Position numbers and translations under genes: made by a program. From Carcharhinus amblyrhynchos (Eukaryota): DNA of 64,000 nt. The stretch spans positions 61,070,001 through 61,134,000 of the forward strand of contig OZ336885.1 in assembly GCA_965287045.1 (NCBI GenBank). The letters are read 5' to 3'. The notes beneath the pieces are model-generated. The model saw only the letters and a program-made list of their open reading frames with translations. It was not told the origin of the DNA and searched no databases. Positions 26,895 through 39,285 of the stretch are shown in pieces. Positions within the stretch are counted from its first letter, which is position 1, and each line of letters opens with the position of its first letter.

Positions 26895-27055
26895 TGTGGT
26901 GGAGGCGGACACGCTGGGATCCTTTAAAACTTATCCGGATAGTCACATGAGCAGACTGGGAATGGAGCGATACAAACGAAACATCTAGTTGAACCAATGA
27001 GCGGCAGAGAGTTGGAGGGCCGAAGGGTCTGTTCTCTGTGCTGTATTGTTCCTTG
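26895..27055 (+). mobile_element. CR1 3'-end fragment
   Basis: GTGGTGGAGGCGGACAC...TTTAAAAC...GAGGGCCGAAGGGTCTGTTCTCTGTGCTGTA, a CR1-type 3' UTR. Confidence 0.65.
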
Positions 27056-28858
27056 TTCTATGTCTGTATATGAATATTTGGGGTTACATACTCCACTTTG
27101 ATCGGATGTCTTTAAGTTTTAGGGATACAGATGGTGTTTTATTTCAAACAGAGCCATTCATGGATGACGCACAAATTCCATATATTTTTACTTTTAGAGT
27201 GTTTTTGATAGTAAATAAGCTAAGTTTTATGTCAGAGATGATTTGCTCATCGGGAAGTTGTAAAAAGTTTTCAAGCCCAGTATTCACATGTTGCCTATTT
27301 TTACTTGCCTCCAATGTAATTTCCGTTGGATCTAGATCATAGTCAGAGTTGGAATGAAATACCACTTCTTTAATTACTTTAATGGGAGCTGAATATCAAT
27401 GCCCCGAATTTCGCCCCTGGTGTGTTAAGAAATTTGAAGAAAAAAATTAAACGGAAAGATTTCATTGCTGGTCAGCAACGCCAAATAAAGTCATTCATTA
27501 TTTTCTACCACGCTAGACGCTACAAACCATGGTCAGTTAATGAGCGCAGTGATGCATATAAATAGTATTGAAACAGGTATATTTTTGAATTACATTAATG
27601 TTTATGTTGACAGTTGGCAGGCTGGAGGCACTGGAATTTTGATCACAGAGTGTGATTTTTTTTTAAGCCAGTAGACATGGCAGCCAACACATGAGAATGC
27701 GTGGAGTTGTTTGGGTTACCGTGCTGTTGAGCGGAGTGGTGGCATAGGAGTGGTAATTTCAATGGAGAAATGAGTCGGCTCGAGTTGGCAGTACTGGAGA
27801 TAGCGGTGGCGTAGAGATTTTAATAATTTTCCCATCATCTCGTCGGTTCAAGGTAGAATGCGTGTCCCCTCGGGTTTTCTGCGCAGTGTAAGGGATATAA
27901 TCAGCGACGCTGCACAAAGTTGGAACCTCGTGTTTTCTTGGTTCTGGGATGTAGTGGGAAAAGCTGAGTTGGCTTCGCTGAATGATGGAGTCATTGCAAA
28001 TGTATAGGTTGGGACGGATTCAGAGAATTGAGGGGGTATGTCTTTGTTCAGTTGATAATGAAGTATCTTAAGGCTGTGGTAGTAGGTGATAGTGTGACTT
28101 CCGTCAACGGCGAGTTCGGCATGTTGGGGAATTGGGAGTGGTTTGGGAAGTCTACTGAAGTGTTGGAAAGCCAGTGATATCGCGTGGTAAAGATTTAGAA
28201 ATGACACTAGTCGTACTTATATTTCCTGGAATATTATTCTGTTAACTGGATAGGAAGCAACTGGAGTCTCCAATGATTTCCACGCGAATATTCATCTTTC
28301 TATGTGCCAAAGACTTCCATGGATTACTCGCCAGTCTCTTGGTGTGGCTACGGTGAACAATCAGAAGTCCTTGGAAAATATCAACATTCCTTCAGCTGAG
28401 TCTTTTGCATTGTCACCATTTGTCCTTTTGAAAATGGAATTTTTGAACTGACTTCTTCAATGCTGACCGGCCTTCACCCATCTGAGATTGTGCGATATTT
28501 CCTCCTGCTGCTCCTTTATAGGTTGCCTTAATTCCCGCCACTAAATGTCTCCTTTGTTAGCAATGCTTCCTGTTGACTCAGGGTCCACACTGAACTAAAA
28601 CAAATGCGAACTCATCATTTGCAACTATGTCTGAGGTCGATTTCTGAGGCCGATATTCTAATACAACACAGTCAACGCTCTGTAATTTTTCCTATGCTTG
28701 GGAGTGTCTCCTTTCATTTGGTTTTCCAGAGAGATTGCTTGCAATACCACAATTCACAATATATTCAAAACATAATGTTCGTGATGCACGCACGTTCAAA
28801 ATCCTAATATTCTTCAACCGATGGTGAGCACCTGGGACAATGTGTTGTTGAATCTTAC

Positions 28859-28885
28859 CATTCATTTTCTTCTGCAATTGTTCCT
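28859..28885 (-). CDS. 27-nt phase-1 micro-exon ((E)EQLQKKMN)
   Basis: gtctttatttacacag|AGGAACAATTGCAGAAGAAAATGAATG|gtaaga. Confidence 0.8.
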
Positions 28886-29534
28886 CTGTGTAAATAAAGA
28901 CATGTTTCAGGATCGCTTGAAATGGAAGTTTATTGGGAAGTTGTCTGCACAAAGAGGGAATGCCCTTTATAATAGTCAGACGTTCTGAAATGTGCATCAC
29001 CTCCATGTCACAATTTGTCCTACGTAGTGACCGATCTCACCACAAATGTTTCTACTTGCGTTTCAGAAAAGAAGTTTAAACTGCTTCTGTGGAGATAGAT
29101 ACTCATCTGAGGATGAATTTTTAAAAAGATGCTAACGTTAAAAAAATCGAAACTAAGTAATAAATGCGTGAATCGATCTGAAACGCGTCATATTAAATCT
29201 GTATCAACGAATTCTGTGTATATCCATACTTGACAGCGTTTGGAAAAAGTCAGTAATTAAATATTCTTCAATGGCATACTGCACCATAGTGTTCTCAAAA
29301 TGTTCAGGGAAGTTCAATTTTCTTTTTGAAAATCCAACACTGAGGAACACTGCACCATTGGCTGCTGGGAAAATAAGTGATATCTCCTTCATGCTAGTGA
29401 TCCCATTCTCTGGCAACGTTTCTTCACTTGACGATCAGTAAAAAGACGCGTCTGCTGCTGTACGTAATTAGTTTGAAACAGTTTGTTACTCAGTCGCCAG
29501 CAGATTTTGCTCAAGGGGCACTACATCACCTGAA

Positions 29535-29750
29535 GGATAACTAGGCATGTACACAATTAAATGAAAATTCGCGTGACTAATCCAGCTGAATTGCCTATCG
29601 TTGAACTGCGGGAGGAATTAGGAAAACCTAGCCAAACCCCGGCAGACAGTTTGAGAAGGAGCAAACATCACAGACAGAATTACCAAGACCAGGATCTAAC
29701 TGATGTCCTTAGCGCTGTGAGGCAACATTGTTAAACATGATGTCTCAGCG
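29535..29750 (-). mobile_element. Degenerate SINE
   Basis: Minus-strand AATGTTGCCTCACAGCGCTAAGG...CTGTCTGTGATGTTTGCTCCTTCTC resembles the SINE head and core. Confidence 0.55.
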
Positions 29751-29937
29751 CACCGCCCATCCATCCCTCCATCTCCCGCCCCTGTAGTCACCAACACTTA
29801 TCGCTAAATGAGCAATGATAAAATCAAAATCAAAATAGCCACTTACGACGTTGCATTCCATGAGTACATAATAAGCTGCGACACGGCATTTACAGTGACA
29901 TTCGCCATGTGAATGATTTTCATCACTTATGTCCCAC

Positions 29938-29973
29938 CTTTACTTTCCAGATTTTCTCGTAAAAAGTCAATCT
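29938..29973 (-). CDS. 36-nt phase-1 micro-exon ((E)IDFLRENLESK)
   Basis: gttcaattttcag|AGATTGAC...GGAAAGTAAAG|gtggga. Confidence 0.8.
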
Positions 29974-31130
29974 CTGAAAATTGAACATTGAGGAGAATGG
30001 TGTGAACTGAGCAATTGGGATATACTCTCTTTTTTTCCACTATCACTTTTTCGAGAATCGTTCAAGAACTATCATTGCTTTGCAATGCGATTTGCTCCGA
30101 TGGTGGCCAAAACCGATACACAGGAACCAAACAAAAAATCGTCACAGTCAGAGAGCGTTTCGATGATCAGGATTTAAGCAACATGAAATTGGACTTGGGT
30201 TGACTTTTCTCATGCAGATCCTTTAGGCGTTTACAGAATTCATGTTCATAACAAGATTTATCGGTCTCTGCTTGCAATATGACATGAATCACTAACGTTA
30301 TTTTAAGGAACAATATCGAATAAGTAAGTACACGAAATGTGGAAATGTATTGCCTGCTTCTACATTTGAATGTTCCAAATGTAACCACAAGCTTTTAGTA
30401 CTCAATTCCTAAGCTTTCATGCTCAGCGACAACTGAACACCCTACCTACACTGCTACATTTCCTAACTTTCGACCCCAGGGTCTTCTTCTCCACTTGAGG
30501 GCAATCGTTCGAATCGATGCCATAAGAAAAGTAATCTAACATGTAACCTCAAACTCACATTCCTACTAAAGTAGATGATATTGTTGATCCCTTGATTTAA
30601 AAAAAAACATATGTCTGGCTCTGCCGTAAAAGTATCCAGTACTCATCTTCCACTGTCTTTTGATGAAGAGATGTCCTGCGTTTCACGATTGGCTGACAGA
30701 AATATTATCGTCAACTTTCTCTTCTATGGGTGACCACTTATTTTAAACGGTGGCATCTAGTTCTAGATTCTCGTACACGATGAAATATTCTCTCCACTTC
30801 CACAATTTTAATATCCGTCACGATTAACTTTCGAACATGCCCCCACTTACACTGATATAATTTATTGGTACTGTCATCTTTTCAACTTTTCCCATTCCTT
30901 GTATTCATTAGGAAACAGACTCTGAATTGCAGCTAACGTGATTGACTGCTTCTTCCAACATTGATTTTAGCTTCAAATTTTGTGTTGGGGGATCCATTCT
31001 ATTGAATTTTAACCGCACTCCAGGTGACAGATATGTTATCCCTGACAATGTTACCTGGAAAATTTAAAGACTAAATCGTTTCTGAATGCGAATCTTACAA
31101 GAGTGTCGGAACTAATCGGTTGTAGCTTAC

Positions 31131-31159
31131 CCTTCCTTTTTTACATTTTTCCGATATTT
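31131..31159 (-). pseudogene. 29-nt micro-exon, frame-breaking ((E)ISEKCKK...)
   Basis: Strong sites tttgtttttag|...|gtaagc in a slot where 27 nt is expected. Length is not a multiple of 3; contains A5 and A6 runs. Confidence 0.6.
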
Positions 31160-31416
31160 CTAAAAACAAATCTATGAATAAGTTGTGTTTGACACAATTT
31201 GTTGTGGAAGATGCTGAAGATCCATTATAAGCTGTGTATTAGTGAAATTCAAATTAGGAATTGGTTCACATAACAATAGTTTTGATTACCCATACTCTTC
31301 TCTTTCATACGGTCATCTATTTATAAAATAAAACGTCATTTAATCCTCACAGATGGCGTGACAAAAACGAGGAAAGAGGCTCGCAACATTGCATAACCTA
31401 AGATGTGACTAACGAG

Positions 31417-31418
<2 letters not shown>

Positions 31419-31473
<55 letters not shown>
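31419..31473 (+). repeat. (CA)n microsatellite
   Basis: Perfect AC repeat of about 27 units. Confidence 0.98.
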
Positions 31474-31477
<4 letters not shown>

Positions 31478-32760
31478 ATATATATAAGCGTAGCGTTTCT
31501 GACGACAAGATTCAGCAATGAGTTTTGGAATCATTTGACAACCAGCCACCGGAAGAGATCTTAATAGAAATGGGCAAATGGTGTCCTAGGAGAAGTCATG
31601 TATTGGGAGCAAGAATCATAAAGAAAAAATGCAAGATGTTCCAGAACATCCAATTAAATAAAAGAAGGAACAATGGCCAATGGTTTGCTGAAGAAGTTGT
31701 CTACGATGAAGGAGAAATAGTAAAATGAGTGCAGATATCTCAGAGGGTAGAGAATGTCGAGGGAAAACAAAATCTTTCAGGAGTTTTCCGACAATGACCG
31801 TGCTTGCAAATCGAATTAACTATGCATCTGTTATCGAATCATTCTTTTGTATGTGTGTGCTGCATCTCGTTAGAACAATATGGAAACCTGGACGAGGTCT
31901 AGTGAAAAAGGGCCGAGAGGCGGGATAGGGAGTTACGTGATATGTCCATCAATGGCTTGCAATAACCACGTTTGGAGACGAATGCTAAACGGGAACATGC
32001 TGTGAGCAGCAGATTGGCACGGCTGAGGGCAACGATTTTCATTGAATAGAAATGCACCATGACGTGCCATTATAAGACTGAGCACGTATGACTGAGGATA
32101 AGCAGTACGTGGCTCGACCCTTCAGCCCTGTCCGGTCTTTAGTACGATCACGGTGTATCTCTTTATAAATTCAATACACTTCAAGAGGAGCACGCAATAG
32201 CATGGATGCAAAGCAATATCACTTTTGTCAATAGTTTAAAGCTGGCAAACCCGCTGGACAGGAAGAAAGCTGGAGTAAACATCTCTGACCACAGTCATCC
32301 CATCATTCCATTGGAAAATATATCGTGTCAGTTATCACTGGAACTTTGGAAAATCGTTTGATCTGTTTTTTCTTTTGAAGGGAGCGCGGCAACTCGACAG
32401 GTTGTGGTGTCACAGAGCGACACTTTGTGAATGAGATGTTTTCGAGTAATGATGAAATTATTGTATAATTCAATTATTCAGTGGAACAGAATTTCTAATC
32501 TCATGGGTTCTAATGTGTTGGAACTGGATTTGCATTATTAACATAACACATTCATATTTCGTATTAACATTAAACATTTTGTTACAAATTAGTGAATAAA
32601 GCGGACAATATCGAATTTCATGCACGCTGAATTTATCGAGCTCCACATGTAACATTATTGGCTGCAAATCGTGTTATTTCAAAGGCGAAGGCGGTTTGTA
32701 TGTAAAACGATCTGTTTCTGAGAAAATATTTCAAATATCAGCCAGATGAGGACTTCTCAC

Positions 32761-32796
32761 CTAACTTTTTCAGCTTCTTCACATTTTCTTGATTTT
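32761..32796 (-). CDS. 36-nt phase-1 micro-exon ((E)NQENVKKLKKL)
   Basis: ctgtatttaag|AAAATCAAG...AAAAAGTTAG|gtgaga. Confidence 0.8.
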
Positions 32797-33234
32797 CTTA
32801 AATACAGTTATAATGCTTCATCATTAGACTTGGAATGTGAACATCAAACAACAAAGACGGACGGCAGTCATAACAGTGAGCCTGCGCCTTTTTTTAAAGA
32901 GAGCCAATTTAAATCATTGACAATGAACACGCGATTTAATTAGGTCCGATATCAGATGGCTACTTGCCTTTGTCTTTATTGACAAGATTCTCTTCTGCCG
33001 TTTTAATGAGAGAAATGATTTTCACTTAGCATGCTTTGATCGCGGAAAATGAACAGAGATATGATGCCTACTTCATTCTATACTTGTTACCATTCGTCTA
33101 TCGATATATATTGGACACATATTCTGTGCAATGGGGCGTCGGACCAATTCATGATTAGGAAGCCTACATCCTAAAATGTAATCATCTCCTGCTGTTTCTT
33201 CCAACCCCCGCGATTCAAAATTATATCCTAGCAC

Positions 33235-33562
33235 CATCGAATCCCCAAAATGCAGAAGAGGCCATTCGACCCATCCAGGTTGCACTGAGCAGCTTACACA
33301 GGCTTCTTTCCTCCGTTTTATCCAGCACCCTCAAACATCAACCCCAAACAGATGGTTAATCCATCTAAAGTGCAAATTTATTACAGTAAGTTGGAATTTA
33401 GCATGCCCAATTGATAATTTCCCGCATACATTTTCACTGTGGGAGCACCCGGGGAAACACGCAAATACGGAAATACGCAAACTCCACACAGACAGTCGCC
33501 CAAAGGCGAAAGTGAACCCCTATTCCTGGAGCTGTGAGGCAGCAACTCTAACCGCCGTGCCA
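33235..33562 (-). mobile_element. tRNA-derived SINE
   Basis: Minus GGCACGGCGGTTAGAGTTGCTGCCTCACAGCTCCAGG...GACTGTCTGTGTGGAGTTTGC and CR1-like tail. Confidence 0.85.
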
Positions 33563-33595
33563 CGTCTCACACTTTATTGAAGCAACATTACTTAC

Positions 33596-33622
33596 GCACG
33601 TCTGGTGCTAATTTAGCCAATT
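33596..33622 (-). CDS. Possible extra 27-nt phase-1 micro-exon ((E)LAKLAPDV)
   Basis: ccccgccgcattag|27 nt|gtaagt; open frame but weak polypyrimidine tract. Confidence 0.35.
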
Positions 33623-34951
33623 CTAATGCGGCGGGGCTCAGAGGTAGCGCCTTGGGCGCTGCAGTCGACACTCCAAGCTCGAATAAAATGGCGCAACATG
33701 TTCGCCACGGAAGGAACGCTCATCAGGTTAAGGGGCCTAATAGTCAGTTTTAAAATCTTTCCACCACGCTCCCGACTGTTACGAAAATGTAAAGAAAAAC
33801 ATTATGGATAGGAAAATATGCGAAACGAGCGAATAATTGAAAATGTTCAATTCAATCTTTTAAAGACATCAGACAAAAAAAGCCGGTATTGTGCAAATTC
33901 CATCCAGAAAATATGTTTCTGACCTGCAGCACGCAATGCTTTTTTCAGGTCCGCAATTTCTGAAGAGGTACAATAAAACATAAGTTCTTTGCACTTTTTA
34001 GTAAGACTTCGAGGTTGGGCAAACAATCTCCACAATTGGAGCTCCAATAAGTCAGGAGTTTTATCTACTCCATTAGTTATCTTATTCTCTCTTTCATACT
34101 TTCATTGAACTTGCAAGTTGTACATTCAAGAACTTCATTTAACCGAGGCTGAACGCTATTGTAAGAGAGATTTTTAAAAATGTTATTACTGTTATAAAAC
34201 CGTATTTCGGACTGCTGTTAAAATATGACGGTCTTCCCTATTCTCCTGAAGTTTAAAAAAACAACGATTTCATTAACATGAACATCTGCAAACTAGCACT
34301 TTTGTCTTCCTGCACAGTGGACCGTCAGACTTCATGCTCCTGATGAAAATATTCAGGGTCAGTGTGGTGCAATGGGATGTTCACTAAACGTAAAATGTAG
34401 AGCACCAATAAATGTTTTGCTGACCAAAGCTGAAATCACAAAACGGCAAGTCGTGGAAATTAAGCCAACAACCTTTCCACTTCAAAGTCTAATGATGAAC
34501 AGGGAACCAGTGGCGAGTTTGCAGAGGAAACCCCTCTTCTGTCACGAATGACTTCTCACATGAACTTGACTCCCGTTCCAGAGCAATGTGCGAAAATCCG
34601 AAATTTCCTCTGATATTCATTCGAATGCATAATAGCTAAATGTATAGTTTGAGAAACCAACATCCCGAAAAGACTTTTGTTATATTTCTCAGAAACCGCG
34701 ATCTTCCTGACGAGTGTTGAGACCCGTAATACTCAAGTAAATACGCTATTTAACATATAATTTGGCAACATGTATTCTGCTCATCCGATTAACACTACAG
34801 TTGCTTATTTGTCCAATGTCATTTTCCAACCACTGGATGCCAAACGCTTAGAGTAGATGGAGCCGAAACATTCGTGTTATCATTGCTTCAAATAGATTAG
34901 TATTTGCAGCGTATTAACACCTACCACATGAATTTCAGCCATATTGCTCAC

Positions 34952-34978
34952 CTGAATTTTTTTCCCGTATTTTGTCAT
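34952..34978 (-). CDS. 27-nt phase-1 micro-exon ((D)DKIREKNS)
   Basis: ccactcactctacag|ATGACAAAATACGGGAAAAAAATTCAG|gtgagc. Confidence 0.8.
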
Positions 34979-36240
34979 CTGTAGAGTGAGTGGACGAAAC
35001 CAATTTGAAGTAAAGTCCCAGTCGTTTCCATGCTGAATACAGCTGCTTGTAACATTTGATAGATCATGATTGTATTGCTTTTGCGCATGACACTCAGTGC
35101 ATGTTAACATATGGTCCCCTTCATGTAATCCTTGCACAGATTAAACTTAAATGCATCAATTCAATTCAGAGAATTACATCCTTATTTCCATGCAGAAGAT
35201 TAACACTGGGTCCATTGTATCTGTTCCTGTCCTTCAAAACAACTTCAATTTAGTATCATTCCCTTCCACTGCCCATACAGCAACACAGCTTTATTTGCCG
35301 AATACTCTTCGAATGCGCTTTTCAGCATTTGCATTAAATATTCCTGAATCAGAATTCGTGGCATTCCCGATTAGAAGCAGCCACAGTGGAAATAAACATA
35401 TTTCAGACTCACAGCACATTGCTTATTTTGCAAACCATGTTAAAGCTATGTCCATGCCTTCTTGACCTGTGTTACAATCAGCATCTGTTGCTCCATTGTA
35501 CATCATCCTTTCCCATTAAACGTATTTTAAATATCTCTGACAAATCTACTTTTAACCATTTTTTTTCCTTCCTAGGAGTCAAGTAACTAGCTGGGTAATG
35601 CATTTTTATAATTGTACATCCCCGTCCCAGAAACATTCTTCGGAATCACTTGTACCTGCGGCCCAACGTACTAGCAATCTGTCTATCGTGTGCCGTCCAT
35701 AAGTGTGCAGAATGCATCAGTAGATTAAGCAACGTATTATACTTTACATTATTCCCGTCTAGAAATGATGCAGTATTATGTATTAACGTATGTTCTTTCC
35801 TGAGCGTCCTGCGAAATACATCACATGCAGCTTCTCCAGAATGGATGCAATTTACCAGCTACCTTCGGATTCCAGCAACTTCCCTAACTCCTTCTGAAGT
35901 CCTGAAATGTTTTATGGGCATTTGAAAATTCTTCCAAGTTGTAGCCCGACATAAATTTTGAAATTGTCCCCTGCATACTAGGAACTACAGCATTAGCATA
36001 CCTCAAGAAAATCAAGAGTGACAATACCGACACAGATGGAGGACAACAAGAAGAATACATTCTAACTGAATGAGATCAGTTGGTGACATGATTTGCTTTC
36101 CATTATTCGAACATTTATTTTTGTATCCATTTGCTGCCTTCTGATTTATTCCAACAGGGCAAATTTCTCACAAATCTATTTTGTGGCAGTATAAAAAAAT
36201 TACCTCGAAAAGAAATGTATACCAAAAACGACGGTCTTAC

Positions 36241-36276
36241 CTTCAGCGAGGCTTTGTGCCACCTTCTCGACCATTT
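36241..36276 (-). pseudogene. 36-nt micro-exon with mutated acceptor ((E)MVEKVAQSLAE)
   Basis: Perfect donor AAG|gtaaga and open phase-1 frame. Exactly 36 nt upstream the acceptor reads ttacGG instead of ttacAG. Confidence 0.6.
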
Positions 36277-38660
36277 CCGTAATATTAATTTGCACGTATA
36301 AAAAATACAGGCTACTTCTTGCGACTACTACCTGTATGTAACTTATTTTTTCGTGACATTTTACAGCTATAATGTACTAAGTAAAACTGATTTTGCATAA
36401 GGGCATGACAGCTGCAGTTTCTCAGTCCTCTGCCACCTCACCTGAGTACAGAAAAAAGTCGCACAATTAAGCCCAAATCCCCGGAAATTTCCATTGTCTG
36501 GTTCGTCAATATTTTCCCCAGAGTTTCAGAAATCACGCGTGCACAACTAATTCTCCCTAATAAGTTAGAACTCGCATAGTTACAAGGTGCCCTTGTCATT
36601 CACACGATCCTGGATAGCATTCGTCTCCTCGAAAAAGACGGATGTAAATTATCGATTAATTATTGCAGCTATGCGTCCTGTCTCCCGTGTTCTTAAATGT
36701 TTTAATCCATAATCGACCCAATTGCCCATTTTAACATCGTTGTACTATATTTATCTCCATTTATGACATCGGGGTGCTCTCTTATTTTTGTTACCAGTCT
36801 TTATTTTCACAACTACCATCACTTTTCTGATGAAATATTTCAAATCTCCACTGAAACTTCTGCATTCAAATAAGTTTTCAATTCACCTCCAACAAATTCT
36901 GAAGTTCTTTTTTTAAACACTCTTCGCCCTTTACACCGTTATCACCGTTCGGTTCTTTAAAAACCGTCATTAAAACTACTTTAGAATGTCGAACTCTATC
37001 TGCAATTTCTCTTAGATTTCTTCTTCCACATCATTCTCACAAATTGGTATTCTATAGCTTATGCAACCTATTGCAATTGCAGACGTTTCGTTTCATAGCT
37101 TTAGGCACATTTATTGTATTATTCAATCCTTTGGAATATTGTTTCGCTTTCAGCAACGCAGTGAGCTCCGTAACCAGCAACACCGTCCCTTTTTGTTCCA
37201 TTCCATATCCTGCTTGTAGCCACGAATGTTAGTCACACACTCAGTCCCTTCCTTGAGTCAGGCCTCCGTTATCATTCGAAAGTCATATTACCACAATTGT
37301 ATATGTTGCTCGAACTTGCCAATCTTATCTCTTGCATCGTGTATCCAGGGATATGCACGGTAAACCAGATTTTGACATCATTATCTCATTCGATCGAACG
37401 TAATTCACCATCCCACCCTCCAACTTTTTATTTGTTCTGTTCAGTACTTTGTGTATTCCAATATCCTTTCTAGGAACTCCTCTAAATTTCGAAGCAAAAA
37501 TCTAACACGTCAAAGCCCTTCGTCCAGAGCAATGGCAAAACGCCCCAAGTGTCAGTCCCAACTCTGTTCCGGAGGCAATGCTTCCGGCTTCCGCAGTTTA
37601 ATCTCCCACACAGTCCGACCCACTTTCCCAGAATTCAAATGTCCTCCCTCCTGAAATACCTTCCCAGCCGTTCAAAAATCTGCGTGCCCTTCCATTTCTG
37701 TGATCAAGTTCACGTTGCAATGAGGATAATGTAGGCAAAAGTGTGATTTATCGACACTTATTTAGATTAAGATCAATTTACAAAGTATTTTCGTTTGAGG
37801 GTGGAACCTCTGGCTTCTCAGTTCGTCTCGGCACTTTGAAAACTAGTGTGCACTCTCATGGTCCAATGCAAAATTGTAGAATTTTTTTGACATTTCCAGC
37901 CATATAATAAGGGAAACATTACGCGGAAGTGGAATAGAGAGGAGCTTCGAGGTGGCGGGGACAGAAGTTTTGTAGTTAGGGTATGTCGGATAGGAAGTAG
38001 GAATTGTTGCAGCAGTCTGGAAGTTGAGTTATTTCAAAAGAAATGTGCAAACTGGGACTTAGGCCGGTGCGGATGTTTCCATAGCTCTGACTGATTTGTG
38101 AGCTAGCTGTATTAAAACCATGCTAAAATGTGCACCATATTTAAAACAGCAAAATAAAACAAAATAAAAACAAATTAGACCCATTATCGATTTGTGATGT
38201 TCGTGGCAACTTTCAGTGCACAACATTACTGTTCGGTTTCATCCGTTAGCACACCATGCCGAAGTAATTATTTGTTTCAAGTTTCTGCAAAACACGGTAA
38301 GAATTAAGATCGGCAGGATGTTGTCGTAAAACAATATTTTTTTCCTCTGCAACACATTTGTAGCGAAACAAGGATGATGTTTTTTTTTGTTGCGTCGTTT
38401 CAATTAATGTGTTTTAAAGAATTTACTTCTACTTTGCTTAATCGTGACGGATATAGCGCGACGCCCTTTCTCTGGCATCTGATATTTCATGATCTCTTTG
38501 TGCTCACCATCAATCCGTGGTTTAGATTCGAGTTCTGAAATGCAATTTTCGAGGAGTAGTTAGATTATGACTAAATCGTGCAGCAGAAATTATATGAATG
38601 AAAGCGCGCAAGCATGGGTATCAAACGTGGAATGCAAATGGTTCGTTTTTCTCCAATTAC

Positions 38661-38687
38661 CTTTTTTCATGTCGTTGATTTTTTGTT
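38661..38687 (-). CDS. 27-nt phase-1 micro-exon ((E)QKINDMKK)
   Basis: gattctcaacag|AACAAAAAATCAACGACATGAAAAAAG|gtaatt. Confidence 0.8.
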
Positions 38688-39249
38688 CTGTTGAGAATCA
38701 GATAACATAATTCAGTTTTTTTTTTCTGGACATTGGACGAGTCAGGTACTCTGCGTGTATAAACACAAGCAACATACTTGTCTTAGTGTACCATTCGACA
38801 CTGATACAGATTCCGTGAGCCGATACTTTCTCTTGACGGCTACAAACTTGGCATAACTACGGGCACCTGGATTTTTTTTTCATTTAATGTGGTAACTGTA
38901 AACTTGGCTATACAAGCCAACGAAATGCGTAGCTACAAATTCATTATAGACCGCAGAACGTCAAGCTTTTTGTAGGACCATATTTAAGTGCCTGGTGGTA
39001 TCAGTTTAATCAAGACATAGACTATTTGCCCATTGAGATAATTTCCAGATTCGGGTGTGCCACATTTGGTTTTGCTGGTTCAATCGCTATATTTGGGCAC
39101 TTTAATTCCATAACTGGGGCTGGTCAGAAGGATTGGACTTTGTCTTCTAATAACATAGCACAGCTAGATATTAGAACGAACATTTAAGATAAATTAGTGT
39201 GATTTCCGACGATCAGTTCTTAGTTCCGAAACCAAAAAATTGGACTCAC

Positions 39250-39285
39250 CCAAGCCGTTGATTTGTTTCTGCAGTGTGGCTATCG
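39250..39285 (-). CDS. 36-nt phase-1 micro-exon (xIATLQKQINGL)
   Basis: tttcatttttcctctcag|CGATAGCC...GGCTTGG|gtgagt. Confidence 0.85.

Noticed and set aside
27092-27127. 36-nt stretch before a gtatgt donor (VSLKLKDIRSKW)
   Set aside because: No AG and no polypyrimidine tract; probably coincidence.
27144-28450. Possible Penelope/LINE ORF remnant (IIGDS motif, QLPDEQII)
   Set aside because: Motifs too short to assign without a search.
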